From Deferribacterales bacterium (GTDB lineage: Bacteria; Chrysiogenota; Deferribacteres; Deferribacterales; Geovibrionaceae): a stretch of DNA of 64,000 nt. Of this stretch, positions 9,830 to 19,105 are shown piece after piece. Location of the stretch: assembly GCA_050253075.1 (NCBI GenBank), contig JBFWJS010000004.1:64001-128000 (forward strand), in the 5' to 3' direction. Numbering within the stretch: the first letter of the stretch is position 1; the number at the start of each line of letters is the position of its first letter. The position numbers and the translations under genes are program-made. Below the pieces are notes generated by a model. That model had not been told where the DNA came from. It was given only the letters and a program-made list of their open reading frames with translations, and searched no databases.

Positions 9830-10569
9830 ATCTCTCCTCCGGAATTGTCTTCAAGGTCTTCAAGTTTCACAAATTCGTCGTCTGTATACTGGGTCTTAGG
9901 ACAGTGACCACATGGGATCTCTCCGCCCTCATAGACATCTTTTTCATACATAAGGCAGCACATCAGCCTTCCGCAAACCCCGGATATCTTCGTAGGGTTC
10001 AGGATAAGGTTCTGATCCTTTGCCATTTTGATGGAAATATTGTCGAACTTACGCAGGAATGTCGAACAGCAGAATTCTTTTCCGCAGAGTCCGAATCCGC
10101 CTATCATCTTAGTAGCGTCTCTCACGCCTACCTGACGCATCTCTATACGTGTGCGGAAGACTCTTGCGAGGTCACGCACGAGCGCACGGAAATCTATACG
10201 TCCGTCCGCAGTGAAGAAGAATGTCAGCTTGCTTCTGTCCAGAGTGTATTCTGCTTTCAGCAGTTTCATGTCCAGCTTGTGCTCCAGCACAAACTCTTTA
10301 CACTTGGTAAAAGCCTCCGGCTCTTCTTCCATATTTTTCTTTTTATTGGTGATGTCCTCTTCTGTTGCGAGCCTCACCAGCTTTTTCATCTCGGCTTTGG
10401 GGTCTACCTCGATCTCACGGTCGGAGTAGATGACATTCGCCATGTCCTCCCCTTTTTCGGTTTCGACTATAACTTTATCGCCGAATTTTGACTCCACTCC
10501 ACAAGAGAGGAAGTCATATATCTTGCCCGCAGGCTTAAAAGCTACTCCTGTAGCATTAACTTTTTTCAC
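9826..10569 (-). CDS. yaaT: PSP1 domain / YaaT (RicT) family protein
   Basis: RIDFRALVRDLA, RIEMRQVGVRD, GLCGKEFCC, KISGVCGRLMCCL. Confidence 0.9.
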   Translation of the reverse strand: MKKVNATGVAFKPAGKIYDFLSCGVESKFGDKVIVETEKGEDMANVIYSDREIEVDPKAEMKKLVRLATEEDITNKKKNMEEEPEAFTKCKEFVLEHKLDMKLLKAEYTLDRSKLTFFFTADGRIDFRALVRDLARVFRTRIEMRQVGVRDATKMIGGFGLCGKEFCCSTFLRKFDNISIKMAKDQNLILNPTKISGVCGRLMCCLMYEKDVYEGGEIPCGHCPKTQYTDDEFVKLEDLEDNSGGEI

Positions 10570-11422
10570 AAAGTACCTCAGCTGTTTTTACGTACAGATC
10601 CATTCTGAACATGTCTAAACTGACATTATACTCAAGGCGTTTTAAAATATCCAGTAAATAGTTAGAAAAGTCCAGAAGGGTTTCACAGCTGTTTTCTTTA
10701 TATTTTTCAAGCATATAAGTATACATAGATGCACAGTATGCCCTTATCTTCTCTTTTGTGTCGAGATTGCTGATCTCTGCATACAGTGCCGAGCGGTCTT
10801 TATCGGGTGAGAATCTGCCCGACTCATCAATATTTTCCAGCAGATACTGCGCATAGCTGACAGAGCCTGATGCATGCTCAGCTACACCTGCCGTGTCGAG
10901 CACTCCGCTCTGCATAAGCACCTGCTCCACCTCATCATTGGTCAGTGAAGAGAAGCGTATGTTGATGCATCTGGAGCGTATGGTCGGGAGAACATGCTCG
11001 TATCTGTCTGTTATCAGGAAGAAATGCGTATCCGCAGGCGGTTCTTCCAGAGTTTTGAGAACGGCATTCGCCGCCTCTTTTGTAAACGTGTGGGCGTTGT
11101 CGATGATATATATCTTCTTCTTCGCCGAAAGGGGGCTCATGAAAGCATCGTTGGATATCTGTCTTGCCACTTCTATCTTTACGGGGGATTCCTCTATCAT
11201 GTGTATGTCGGGGTGTTCAGACCCTGTCAGCACCCTGCAGTGCCTGCACTGACACGGCTGCATATATGTGCCGTCCGCGCATATGACAGACCTCGCCAGC
11301 TCCTTTGCAAAGAGCTTCTTCCCGCTCCCTTCACGCCCGCTGAAAATGTAAGCGTGATGGAGCTTCCCGCCGTCGATAATGTTTTTAAAGATATCTATCT
11401 CTTTCTTATGCCCTACTATCAT
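10556..11422 (-). CDS. holB: DNA polymerase III subunit delta'
   Basis: HAYIFSG, zinc CxCxxC, HPD, ANAVLKTLEEPP, LPTIRSRC; follows tmk. Confidence 0.93.
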   Translation of the reverse strand: MIVGHKKEIDIFKNIIDGGKLHHAYIFSGREGSGKKLFAKELARSVICADGTYMQPCQCRHCRVLTGSEHPDIHMIEESPVKIEVARQISNDAFMSPLSAKKKIYIIDNAHTFTKEAANAVLKTLEEPPADTHFFLITDRYEHVLPTIRSRCINIRFSSLTNDEVEQVLMQSGVLDTAGVAEHASGSVSYAQYLLENIDESGRFSPDKDRSALYAEISNLDTKEKIRAYCASMYTYMLEKYKENSCETLLDFSNYLLDILKRLEYNVSLDMFRMDLYVKTAEVLCEKS

Positions 11423-12054
11423 ACAAAGTTATCCAGTATATGCATCACATCATTCAGCACAGCCTGAGGAGACTGCATGCCGTTGATGCGCCAAACATTT
11501 TCAAACTTACCGGCGTACCAGTCAAAGCCGTCTGCGACTTTTTTGAAAAAGTCCAGCCCCAAAGCCTCAAACTTACCTTCCGCCTCCACCATATTCTCAC
11601 GGCGGAGCCTGTCCATAGCTCTTTCCAGAGCAGTTTCAGGCTCTATCTCTATGATGAATGTGATGTCGGGCATACGCTTTATGCTGTGCTCTGTCAGATA
11701 GTCGAGAAAGTCCTTATCCAGTCCTCTGCCGAATATCTGATAAGCATATGTGGACGATACAAATCTGTCGGAAATAACATCATAACCCTCTTCCAGCGAC
11801 GGCAGTACCAGCTTTGTCTGATGCTCCAGCCTGTCTGCACAGTAGAGCATCATCTCAGACTCGGGCTCCAGGTCATACTGCTTGCTCACCACGAGCTGAC
11901 GCATCAGAAGCCCCGCTTCCGTACCGCCGGGCTCACGAGTCAGCTTCACCTTGCGCCCCATCCTTTCCAGCTTTTCACTCATCCCCTTTGACAGGGTTGA
12001 TTTACCGCATCCGTCGATGCCGTCTATGGCAACGAAGAGGTTATAGTCTTTCAC
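11419..12054 (-). CDS. tmk: Thymidylate kinase
   Basis: DGIDGCGKST P-loop, TREPGGT, SDRF..STYAYQ. Confidence 0.96.
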   Translation of the reverse strand: MKDYNLFVAIDGIDGCGKSTLSKGMSEKLERMGRKVKLTREPGGTEAGLLMRQLVVSKQYDLEPESEMMLYCADRLEHQTKLVLPSLEEGYDVISDRFVSSTYAYQIFGRGLDKDFLDYLTEHSIKRMPDITFIIEIEPETALERAMDRLRRENMVEAEGKFEALGLDFFKKVADGFDWYAGKFENVWRINGMQSPQAVLNDVMHILDNFV

Positions 12055-12977
12055 CTTGCACAGTCCTCTTTGCTCCCCTGCAGTTTATCTATACAGTGCT
12101 CAACAGCGCCGAGCACCACCTGCAGGTTTTCCACAGCGCCTTTCGGGCTGCCGGGAACATTTATAATCATAGTACCGCCTCTGGCACCGACAACAGCACG
12201 GCTTATCATAGCCCTGTTTGTTATCTTCATGCTTTCGGCACGCATAGCCTCTTCGAATCCAGGCATGCGCTTATCTATCACGTTCAGAGTAGCGTCGGGG
12301 GCGATGTCTCTCGGGGATACTCCCGTCGAGCCGTTTGTCACCACCAGATCTATCTTCTGCACATCTGCATAGTATTTAAGAGAGGTCTCTAGCTCTGCCT
12401 GCTCATCCGCCAATATTTCAGTGCGGAAGAATGAGGTGCTGAGATTCTCTTCCATCAGCTTCACAACGGCAGGGCCTGTCTCGTCCACACGCTCGCCTTT
12501 GCTCCCCTTGTCGCTGAGAGTCAGTACCGCAACGGAAAGTCCTTCCTTGCGTGTCAGTTTCACTTCATCGCCGACATTTATCTTTCCGCCGTTTATAACA
12601 ACGGCGAAAATTCCCTCCCTCGGCATAACACAGTCGCCCGCAGCGTAGAATATCGCACATCTTTTATGACATGTCTTACCCAGCTGGCTGATGACGAGCT
12701 CCACATCGCCTATGGTCAGCTTGTCGCCTATGCTAATGGATGTCAGGTCTATCCCTTCGGTCGTGATGTTTTCGGCGAAGTCTCCGCTGTCCACATCCAG
12801 ACCCTGATCTTTCATCTTTTGGATGCTCTCCATAGCCAGCAGGCTGACCTGTCTGTGCCACTTTCCCGCGTGAGCATCGTCTTTTATTCCGTGGTCTTTC
12901 ACCAGCTCGACAGAGTCCACGGGTGTCTTCTGCACCCCTTTTGTCTCGCTGATATTCAGGCTTTGAATCTTACCCAT
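12051..12977 (-). CDS. MOSC domain fused to molybdopterin adenylyltransferase (MogA/MoaB)
   Basis: N-terminal DAHAGKWHRQVSLL, GDFAENITT, GKTCH..C, CVMPREG; C-terminal TLSDKG, GSTGVSPRD, PGF.E, INVPGSPKG. Confidence 0.88.
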   Translation of the reverse strand: MGKIQSLNISETKGVQKTPVDSVELVKDHGIKDDAHAGKWHRQVSLLAMESIQKMKDQGLDVDSGDFAENITTEGIDLTSISIGDKLTIGDVELVISQLGKTCHKRCAIFYAAGDCVMPREGIFAVVINGGKINVGDEVKLTRKEGLSVAVLTLSDKGSKGERVDETGPAVVKLMEENLSTSFFRTEILADEQAELETSLKYYADVQKIDLVVTNGSTGVSPRDIAPDATLNVIDKRMPGFEEAMRAESMKITNRAMISRAVVGARGGTMIINVPGSPKGAVENLQVVLGAVEHCIDKLQGSKEDCAR

Positions 12978-13102
12978 AATAAACACCTTCTAAATTTATA
13001 TGTCTGCATAATACTTCTTTAGTATTCTTTTGTCTTGAAAAAATAGAAGAAATGCTAAACATTGTCAAATATAACGCACTAATTGATTAAAGGAGTCTCA
13101 TT

Positions 13103-13306
13103 ATGAAAGAGAAAGTTTTCAATGTTTCAGGAATGTCTTGTAACCATTGTGTAATGGCAGTTAAAGAAGCCGCAGAAGGCGTGGAAGGAGTTGCTTCTGC
13201 CGAGATCAGCCTCGAGCAGGGCACAGCAAAGGTTACATTTTCCGACGACGTAGCAGAAAGCAGCATCGTGGAAGCAATCGAAGAAGAGGGATTTAAAGTT
13301 TCATGA
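13103..13306 (+). CDS. copZ: CopZ-type heavy-metal (copper) chaperone
   Basis: GMSCNHC HMA motif, 67 aa, AGGAG RBS. Confidence 0.88.
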   Translation: MKEKVFNVSGMSCNHCVMAVKEAAEGVEGVASAEISLEQGTAKVTFSDDVAESSIVEAIEEEGFKVS

Positions 13307-14250
13307 GAATATTCGAAAACAACTCGCTGACCATCGGCGGGACCCCCCTTGTGAAGCTGAACAGCATCAAGGGCAAACACAAGAACGATATCTTAGTTAA
13401 AATTGAAGGGAGAAACCCTGCCTATTCGGTCAAGTGCCGTGTTGCAGCAGGCATCATCCAGCGAGGTCTGGAAACAGGCGAGCTGAAAGAAGGGATGACC
13501 ATCATTGAGGCCACAAGCGGAAACACGGGCATCGGCCTTTGCTACGCAGGAGCCGCACTCGGCTTTAAAGTCGCCATTATCATGCCCGACACCATGAGCA
13601 TGGAGCGCAGAATGATGATGAAGGCTTTTGGAGCGGAACTCATCCTTACAGAAGGCAAGCTCGGCATGAAGGGCGCAGTCGCTCTCGCTGATGAAATGCT
13701 CTCTAAAGAACCTGAAAAATATTTTCTGGCGAACCAGTTCCGAAACCCTGCAAACCCGCAGATACACGTCAAGACCACAGGCCCCGAGATATTCGAGGAC
13801 ACAGACGGAAAGGTCGACGTATTCGTATCAGGCGTGGGCACAGGCGGAACCATCACCGGTGTCAGCAGATACCTGAAGCTGGATAAAAAGCTCAATATGC
13901 TCACCATAGCGGCCGAGCCGAAAAAGAGCCCTGTCATAACTCAGTTTATGAAGAATCAGGATCTCCAGCCCTCACCCCACGGCATACAGGGGATAGGCGC
14001 AGGATTTATCCCTGATGTGCTCGATGTCTCTCTCATAGACGAGGTCGAGCAGGTGGACGACGAAGACGCAAGGGAATACGCACGCAGACTCGCCCGTGAA
14101 GAGGGGATCATCGCAGGCATATCCTCAGGCGCAGCCGTAGCGGCAGCCATTCAGGCTATTGATAAACTCGGGCTTGAAAACAAAACGATAGTGGTCGTGC
14201 TCCCCGACAGCGGAGAGAGATACCTCTCCATGGGTCTGTACGACGCATAA
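13303..14250 (+). CDS. cysK: Cysteine synthase A
   Basis: NPAYSVKCR PLP lysine, EATSGNTG, GVGTGGT, HGIQGIGAGF, PDSGERYLS. Confidence 0.95.
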   Translation: MRIFENNSLTIGGTPLVKLNSIKGKHKNDILVKIEGRNPAYSVKCRVAAGIIQRGLETGELKEGMTIIEATSGNTGIGLCYAGAALGFKVAIIMPDTMSMERRMMMKAFGAELILTEGKLGMKGAVALADEMLSKEPEKYFLANQFRNPANPQIHVKTTGPEIFEDTDGKVDVFVSGVGTGGTITGVSRYLKLDKKLNMLTIAAEPKKSPVITQFMKNQDLQPSPHGIQGIGAGFIPDVLDVSLIDEVEQVDDEDAREYARRLAREEGIIAGISSGAAVAAAIQAIDKLGLENKTIVVVLPDSGERYLSMGLYDA

Positions 14251-14274
14251 AAATATATCTTCTTCAGCTTATTT

Positions 14275-14352
14275 GTAATGCTGAGGAAGAACAAAGTTCT
14301 AGCCTGAGGCTGTGCGCATCTGCGTTCAGCCTTTGGCTAGTACCGTGATGAC
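14275..14352. repeat. Degenerate REP-like element with internal hairpin
   Basis: gtaatgctgaggaagaacaaagttct resembles the 6113 copy; internal ctagcc...ggctag hairpin; ends gatgac. Confidence 0.5.
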
Positions 14353-14383
14353 ATAACACAGTCCTTCTTTTCCCACTTACGTA

Positions 14384-14411
14384 TTGACATTACTTCTCAA
14401 AACTACATAAT
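14384..14411 (+). promoter_or_regulatory. Putative sigma70 promoter of ybaB-recR-rng operon
   Basis: TTGACA-16 nt-CATAAT. Confidence 0.5.
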
Positions 14412-14492
14412 AACTAGTTATTGCATTAAACACGATATCAATGCGGGCGAGCCCGCTTTAATAAAGAATATATAAAGAATACGGAGAATTTT

Positions 14493-14807
14493 ATGAACAT
14501 TCAGCAAATGATGAAACAGGCCCAGAAAATGCAGAAAAAGATGGAGGAAGCACAGGAAGAAGCAGCTAAGGAAGTTGTGGAAGCTACCTCCGGCGGCGGT
14601 ATGGTAACAGTAAAGGTAAACGGCAAACAGGAGATCGTAAGTCTCTCTATCGAAAAGGATGTCGTAGACCCTGAAGATGTCGACATGCTGCAGGACCTCG
14701 TCCTCGCCGCTGTAAACGAAGGGCTGAAAAAATCCCAGCAAGTAGTTCAGGAAAAGATGTCTGCCGTAACAGGCGGCATGGGTCTTAATATTCCCGGACT
14801 TTTCTAA
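14493..14807 (+). CDS. ybaB: YbaB/EbfC nucleoid-associated protein
   Basis: [30 protein letters not shown]; precedes recR. Confidence 0.95.
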   Translation: MNIQQMMKQAQKMQKKMEEAQEEAAKEVVEATSGGGMVTVKVNGKQEIVSLSIEKDVVDPEDVDMLQDLVLAAVNEGLKKSQQVVQEKMSAVTGGMGLNIPGLF

Positions 14808-14819
14808 GCACCTGTAATC

Positions 14820-15413
14820 ATGAAAAACAGGATCTTTGAGCGCTGCGTAGGCGAGCTCTCAAAGCTCCCCGGTATAGGTAGGAAAACTGCCGCCAGACTG
14901 GCACTACACATACTGAAAGCTGATAGCGAGCAGGTGAAATCTCTCGCAGAAAGCCTTGTGGAGCTTAAGGAGAAGACCGTCTTCTGCAGCATATGCGGAA
15001 ACATGTCAGAAACAGCAATTTGTCATATATGCACGGACGACTATCGCAACCGTACTCAGATATGCGTGGTGGAAGAGGCCAAGGATATCTATGTCCTTGA
15101 GGCTACAGGCTTCTACCGCGGGCTTTACCACGTCCTCGGCGGGCGCATCTCGCCTCTGGACGGTATAGGACCTGAGGATCTGCGCATAGACGAGCTTATT
15201 AAACGTGCACAGAAAGACGATATAGCCGAGATAATCCTCGCCACAAACCCCGATATCGAAGGGGAGACAACCGCAATATACCTTTCAAAGCTCCTGAAAA
15301 AGCACAATCTTAAAGTTACAAAGATTGCCAGCGGAGTACCTATCGGTACAAATCTGGAATACACCGACGAAATGACATTGCTTAAAGCAATGGAACAGAG
15401 AAAAGATTTTTAA
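14820..15413 (+). CDS. recR: Recombination mediator RecR
   Basis: LPGIGRKTA HhH, CxxC...CxxC, YHVLGG.ISPLDG, EGETTA. Confidence 0.97.
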   Translation: MKNRIFERCVGELSKLPGIGRKTAARLALHILKADSEQVKSLAESLVELKEKTVFCSICGNMSETAICHICTDDYRNRTQICVVEEAKDIYVLEATGFYRGLYHVLGGRISPLDGIGPEDLRIDELIKRAQKDDIAEIILATNPDIEGETTAIYLSKLLKKHNLKVTKIASGVPIGTNLEYTDEMTLLKAMEQRKDF

Positions 15414-15414
15414 C

Positions 15415-16938
15415 ATGTCAAAAGAAATAATAGTGAATTCGACCCTCAACGAGGTTCGGGTTGCCATACTCGAAAACGGCAACCCTGCTGAAATATACGT
15501 TGAAAGGGCTCACAGCAAAAATGTTGCTGGAAATATATATAAAGGCAGAGTGATAAAGGTTTTACCCGGTATTCAGTCCGCCTTCATAGATGTCGGTCTG
15601 CCTAAGGCCGCATTCCTCCCCGCTGCGGATGTTTATGTCGAAAACGGCGAGCGTGTCAGCTTCCTCGAAAATAATATCGACGGCGAGCGTGAAGTAGCTG
15701 AGATAGACATCACAGACGAAGAAGAGCCGAAGGACATCCCCCCCATCGAAGAGATGCTGAAAGAGGGGCAGGACATAGTGGTGCAGGTGGCGAAGGAAGC
15801 CATCGGGCAAAAGGGCGCAAGGCTCACCACACACCTGACAGTACCGGGCAGATACATAGTACTCATGCCGGGATACGAGCATGTCGGCGTATCGAGAAAG
15901 ATAGAGGACGATCACGAACGTGACAGGCTGAGAGACATACTCAAAGCTATAAAGTCTCCGAACATGGGTCTGATAGCCCGAACAGTTACTGCGGGACACG
16001 ACGAAGAAGAGCTCAGAGCTGACTTCGACTATCTCAGCAGACTGTGGAGCAAGATAAAAGATAAGATGAGCGGTAAATCACCGTGCCTTATATACGAAGA
16101 CCACGGGCTCGTTTTCCGCATACTGCGCGACGCTGCCACAGCGGATGTAAGCCGTATCGTGATAGATAACAAGGCAGAATTCCTTAAGATAAAATCGTTC
16201 CTCAGAGAGTTTCTCCCCGACATACATGTCGAGGTAGCTCTTTATACAAACGACATCCCTATCTTTGACTATTACAACATAGAGATAGAGATAGGACGTA
16301 TCCTTGATAAGAAAGTATGGCTGAAATCAGGCGGATACATAATCATAGATCAGGCAGAGGCGCTCACCGTCATCGACGTAAACACGGGTAAATTTGTCGG
16401 TAAGCGGAACTTTGAGGACACCATCCTCAAGACAAACCTAGAAGCAGCCAAAGAGATAGCATGGCAGCTTAAACTGAGAAACATCGGCGGTATAATCATC
16501 GTCGACTTCATAGATATGGCAAAGGAAGAGAACAGGCAAAAGGTTCTCAAAGCCCTCGAACACGAAATGAAATCAGACCGTGCAAAGGCATCCGTCGTAA
16601 ACATCTCCCCTCTCGGACTGGTGGAGATAACACGTAAGCGTGTGCAGGAGAGCCTTTCCAGAGTGCTGTCCGAGGCATGCCCGTACTGCGAAGGCAGAGG
16701 ACTCGTGAAGAGCAAGCTGACCATATGCTATGACATACTGAGAGAAGTGAGGCGTATCGCACCTTTCGTGCGTAACAGGCGCATAGTGATAGAGGCTCAC
16801 CCTGACGTGGTAGACCTTATACTCGACGACGAGAAAGAGAGTCTGGACGAAATAGAGCTTATGATGAGCGTGAATGTGGAAGTGACACCAAACGACACTC
16901 TTCACATCCACGACTATGAGGTAACCCCTCTAGACTAG
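15415..16938 (+). CDS. rng: Ribonuclease G/E family
   Basis: GNIYKGRV S1 domain, IDVNTGKF, LRNIGGIIIVDFIDM, CPYCEG.G; no long C-terminal scaffold. Confidence 0.93.
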   Translation: MSKEIIVNSTLNEVRVAILENGNPAEIYVERAHSKNVAGNIYKGRVIKVLPGIQSAFIDVGLPKAAFLPAADVYVENGERVSFLENNIDGEREVAEIDITDEEEPKDIPPIEEMLKEGQDIVVQVAKEAIGQKGARLTTHLTVPGRYIVLMPGYEHVGVSRKIEDDHERDRLRDILKAIKSPNMGLIARTVTAGHDEEELRADFDYLSRLWSKIKDKMSGKSPCLIYEDHGLVFRILRDAATADVSRIVIDNKAEFLKIKSFLREFLPDIHVEVALYTNDIPIFDYYNIEIEIGRILDKKVWLKSGGYIIIDQAEALTVIDVNTGKFVGKRNFEDTILKTNLEAAKEIAWQLKLRNIGGIIIVDFIDMAKEENRQKVLKALEHEMKSDRAKASVVNISPLGLVEITRKRVQESLSRVLSEACPYCEGRGLVKSKLTICYDILREVRRIAPFVRNRRIVIEAHPDVVDLILDDEKESLDEIELMMSVNVEVTPNDTLHIHDYEVTPLD

Positions 16939-17115
16939 GCAGGTCAGCACCTACAGGCTGATTGTAAGGATATATCCTGTATTGCCAAGACACAGGACGT
17001 GTCTCACGGAGTGAGCCGAAACAGGGCTTGCCTGTGCAGGCTTAAACAGAATGAGAGCAAGACCTGCTTTTAACAGGCTTTGCGAAAGCATTAAAAATGC
17101 AGGACGCATTTTTAA
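16939..17115 (+). ncRNA. Candidate structured RNA with multiple GGA-loop hairpins (element 2)
   Basis: gcaggtc/gacctgc closing stem; gtAAGGAtat, agacac-AGGAc-gtgtct, ctcac-GGA-gtgag, ttaaaaatgc-AGGAc-gcatttttaa. Confidence 0.45.
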
Positions 17116-17127
17116 TGGGAGGTAAAT

Positions 17128-17751
17128 TTGTACGATCGTAAAGACGCTTTCTATAGGAAAGCTAAAGTAGAAGGATTTAAATCAAGAGCAGCCTATAAGC
17201 TGATGGAACTGAATAAAAAACACGCCCTCTTCCGCAGCGGCGATGCCGTTCTGGACGTGGGCTGTGCACCAGGCGGATGGGTACAGGTTGTCCTCCAGCA
17301 GAAGAAGTGCACCGTTGTGGGCGTGGATCTGCTCGAGGTGACAAACCTCGAAGACACCAGATTCACCTTCATCCAAGGGGATATCACAAAGCAGGATACC
17401 GTCGATAAAGTACTCGAAATACACGAGAAATACGACTGTGTCATATCTGACGCAGCTCCTAATACATCAGGGTCGAAACTGCTCGACCATGTCAACTCCG
17501 TAGACCTCGTACGTCTTATATACCGGTTCACAAAGACCGTGCTGAAACCCGGAGGGAACTTTGTCTTCAAAGTTTTCGAAGGCGAGGACAGGGACGCCCT
17601 GGTACGGGATATTAAGAAAGACTTCAACTTCAGCAAGATGCTCCGCCCGGAGGCGACACGCAAGAACTCCTTTGAGATGTACATAGTCTTCAAAGGCTTC
17701 AAAGGTGTCGAAGAGCCTCAGGAAGAGCAGGAATCTCAGGAACAGGAATAG
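17128..17751 (+). CDS. rlmE: 23S rRNA Um2552 methyltransferase RlmE/FtsJ
   Basis: KSRAAYKL, LDVGCAPGGW, SDAAPNTSG, ATRKNSFE; TTG start after GGAGG. Confidence 0.95.
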   Translation: MYDRKDAFYRKAKVEGFKSRAAYKLMELNKKHALFRSGDAVLDVGCAPGGWVQVVLQQKKCTVVGVDLLEVTNLEDTRFTFIQGDITKQDTVDKVLEIHEKYDCVISDAAPNTSGSKLLDHVNSVDLVRLIYRFTKTVLKPGGNFVFKVFEGEDRDALVRDIKKDFNFSKMLRPEATRKNSFEMYIVFKGFKGVEEPQEEQESQEQE

Positions 17752-18510
17752 ATGCATCAGAAAGATATCGAACAGATATTAAAACTGGTAAAAAGCGGTG
17801 AGATGGACATCAATGACGCATCGTCAAAGATAAGCACCCACCTGAACTTCGGCGATGTAAAGCCAGACACATCCCGTGCGGAGAGGCTCGGATTCGACGA
17901 AGTGATATACGGACGGAGCAAATCCATCGCACAGATATCCTCCATAGCCGAAAGATACATCGAAAACGGGCTGAACTTTGTCTGTACAGGGCTTGATGCC
18001 GAAAAACTGGAAGAGCTTTCAGGCAGGTTTCCACAGTTCAGCGTGAACGAAACAGCGGGTATGATGAAGCATATAGTGAAGCCTGCGAAACGCAAAAACG
18101 GCAAGGTCGCCGTCATTACGGCGGGCACATCCGACATGAAAACAGCCGAAGAAGCCGCAGAGATGCTCGACGTTTGCGGTATAGAAGCAAAGATATACGC
18201 AGATATCGGCGTTGCGGGTATACACAGGTTCTTCAGCGTAAAGGACGATATAGCCGAATCAGACGTGATAATAGTCATAGCAGGCATGGAAGGCGCACTG
18301 CCGTCCATAACAGGGGGCATGTTCCCTCAGCCTGTGATAGCTGTCCCCACATCCACGGGATACGGAGCAGCTCTTGAGGGTTTTACGGCTCTCTTCGCCA
18401 TGCTCTCCTCCTGTGCAAACGGCATAACAGTGGTGAATATCGACAACGGTTTCGGCGCTGCGATGGCAGCCGTCAGGATCATAAACATGATCGACAAAAC
18501 ATCGAAATAA
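17752..18510 (+). CDS. larB: Nickel pincer cofactor biosynthesis carboxylase LarB (PurE-like)
   Basis: EVIYGRSK, TAGTSD, DIGVAGIHR, AGMEGALPS, PTSTGYG, VVNIDNGFGAA. Confidence 0.92.
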   Translation: MHQKDIEQILKLVKSGEMDINDASSKISTHLNFGDVKPDTSRAERLGFDEVIYGRSKSIAQISSIAERYIENGLNFVCTGLDAEKLEELSGRFPQFSVNETAGMMKHIVKPAKRKNGKVAVITAGTSDMKTAEEAAEMLDVCGIEAKIYADIGVAGIHRFFSVKDDIAESDVIIVIAGMEGALPSITGGMFPQPVIAVPTSTGYGAALEGFTALFAMLSSCANGITVVNIDNGFGAAMAAVRIINMIDKTSK

Positions 18511-18566
18511 CTGCATATAACAATAGATCAAATTACTGTTTCATAAGGAAACTTTAAAATTTATCC

Positions 18567-18595
18567 TTGTCATATGTTCATTTCAAATCTATATT
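18567..18595 (+). promoter_or_regulatory. Putative promoter with overlapping CATATG-centred palindrome upstream of DUF134 gene
   Basis: TTGTCA-17 nt-TATATT; tgtCATATGttca overlaps the -35. Confidence 0.45.
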
Positions 18596-18718
18596 ACAAA
18601 AAGATTCATTATCAAATTTTTATTATGAGACGAGCTTTGTAGGTCGAGTTTAGGGAAATGCACGCATAGTGTTAATCATAACTAGCGTTCAATACATTGC
18701 TCTGTCCAGGAGAAAAAA

Positions 18719-19105
18719 ATGCCAAGACCGTCAAAACCGAGAGTTATCGGTGTGAAGCCGGAAATTTCCAACTTTAAACCCAGAGGAATCCCCTCAAAAA
18801 AACTCAAATCAGTGAATCTTGCTCTTGATGAATTCGAAGCTATAAGACTGGCAGACTACGAGGGACTCTCCCACGAGGATGCATCTGTTCTGATGAATAT
18901 ATCAAGACCAACATTCTCCAGACTGGTGGAGAAAGCAAGGATAAACATCGCAAACTTCCTTGTGGAAGGCGCTGAGCTCACTATCGAGGGTGGAAACGTA
19001 GAGTATAGGGAATGCGGATGCAGCAACTGCAAAGAAGGGCTCCCCGCAAGCCGTATCGAAAGACGCAACCACGAGTGCCCGACCACCGCTAAAGAGAACG
19101 CCTAG
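18719..19105 (+). CDS. DUF134 family putative DNA-binding protein
   Basis: MPRP.K.R, FKPRG, EFEAIRLADYEGL, ISRPTFSR, IEGG, Cys-rich tail. Confidence 0.9.
   Translation: MPRPSKPRVIGVKPEISNFKPRGIPSKKLKSVNLALDEFEAIRLADYEGLSHEDASVLMNISRPTFSRLVEKARINIANFLVEGAELTIEGGNVEYRECGCSNCKEGLPASRIERRNHECPTTAKENA

Noticed and set aside
14299..14460. Possible SRP RNA (ffs) upstream of ybaB-recR
   Set aside because: The hairpins lack the conserved SRP domain IV CAGG-x-GGAA-x-AGCA motif; they are better explained as a degenerate REP element plus leader hairpins
18600..18718. Nickel/cobalt or other riboswitch between larB and DUF134
   Set aside because: No conserved riboswitch core or terminator was recognisable by eye; an Rfam scan would be decisive
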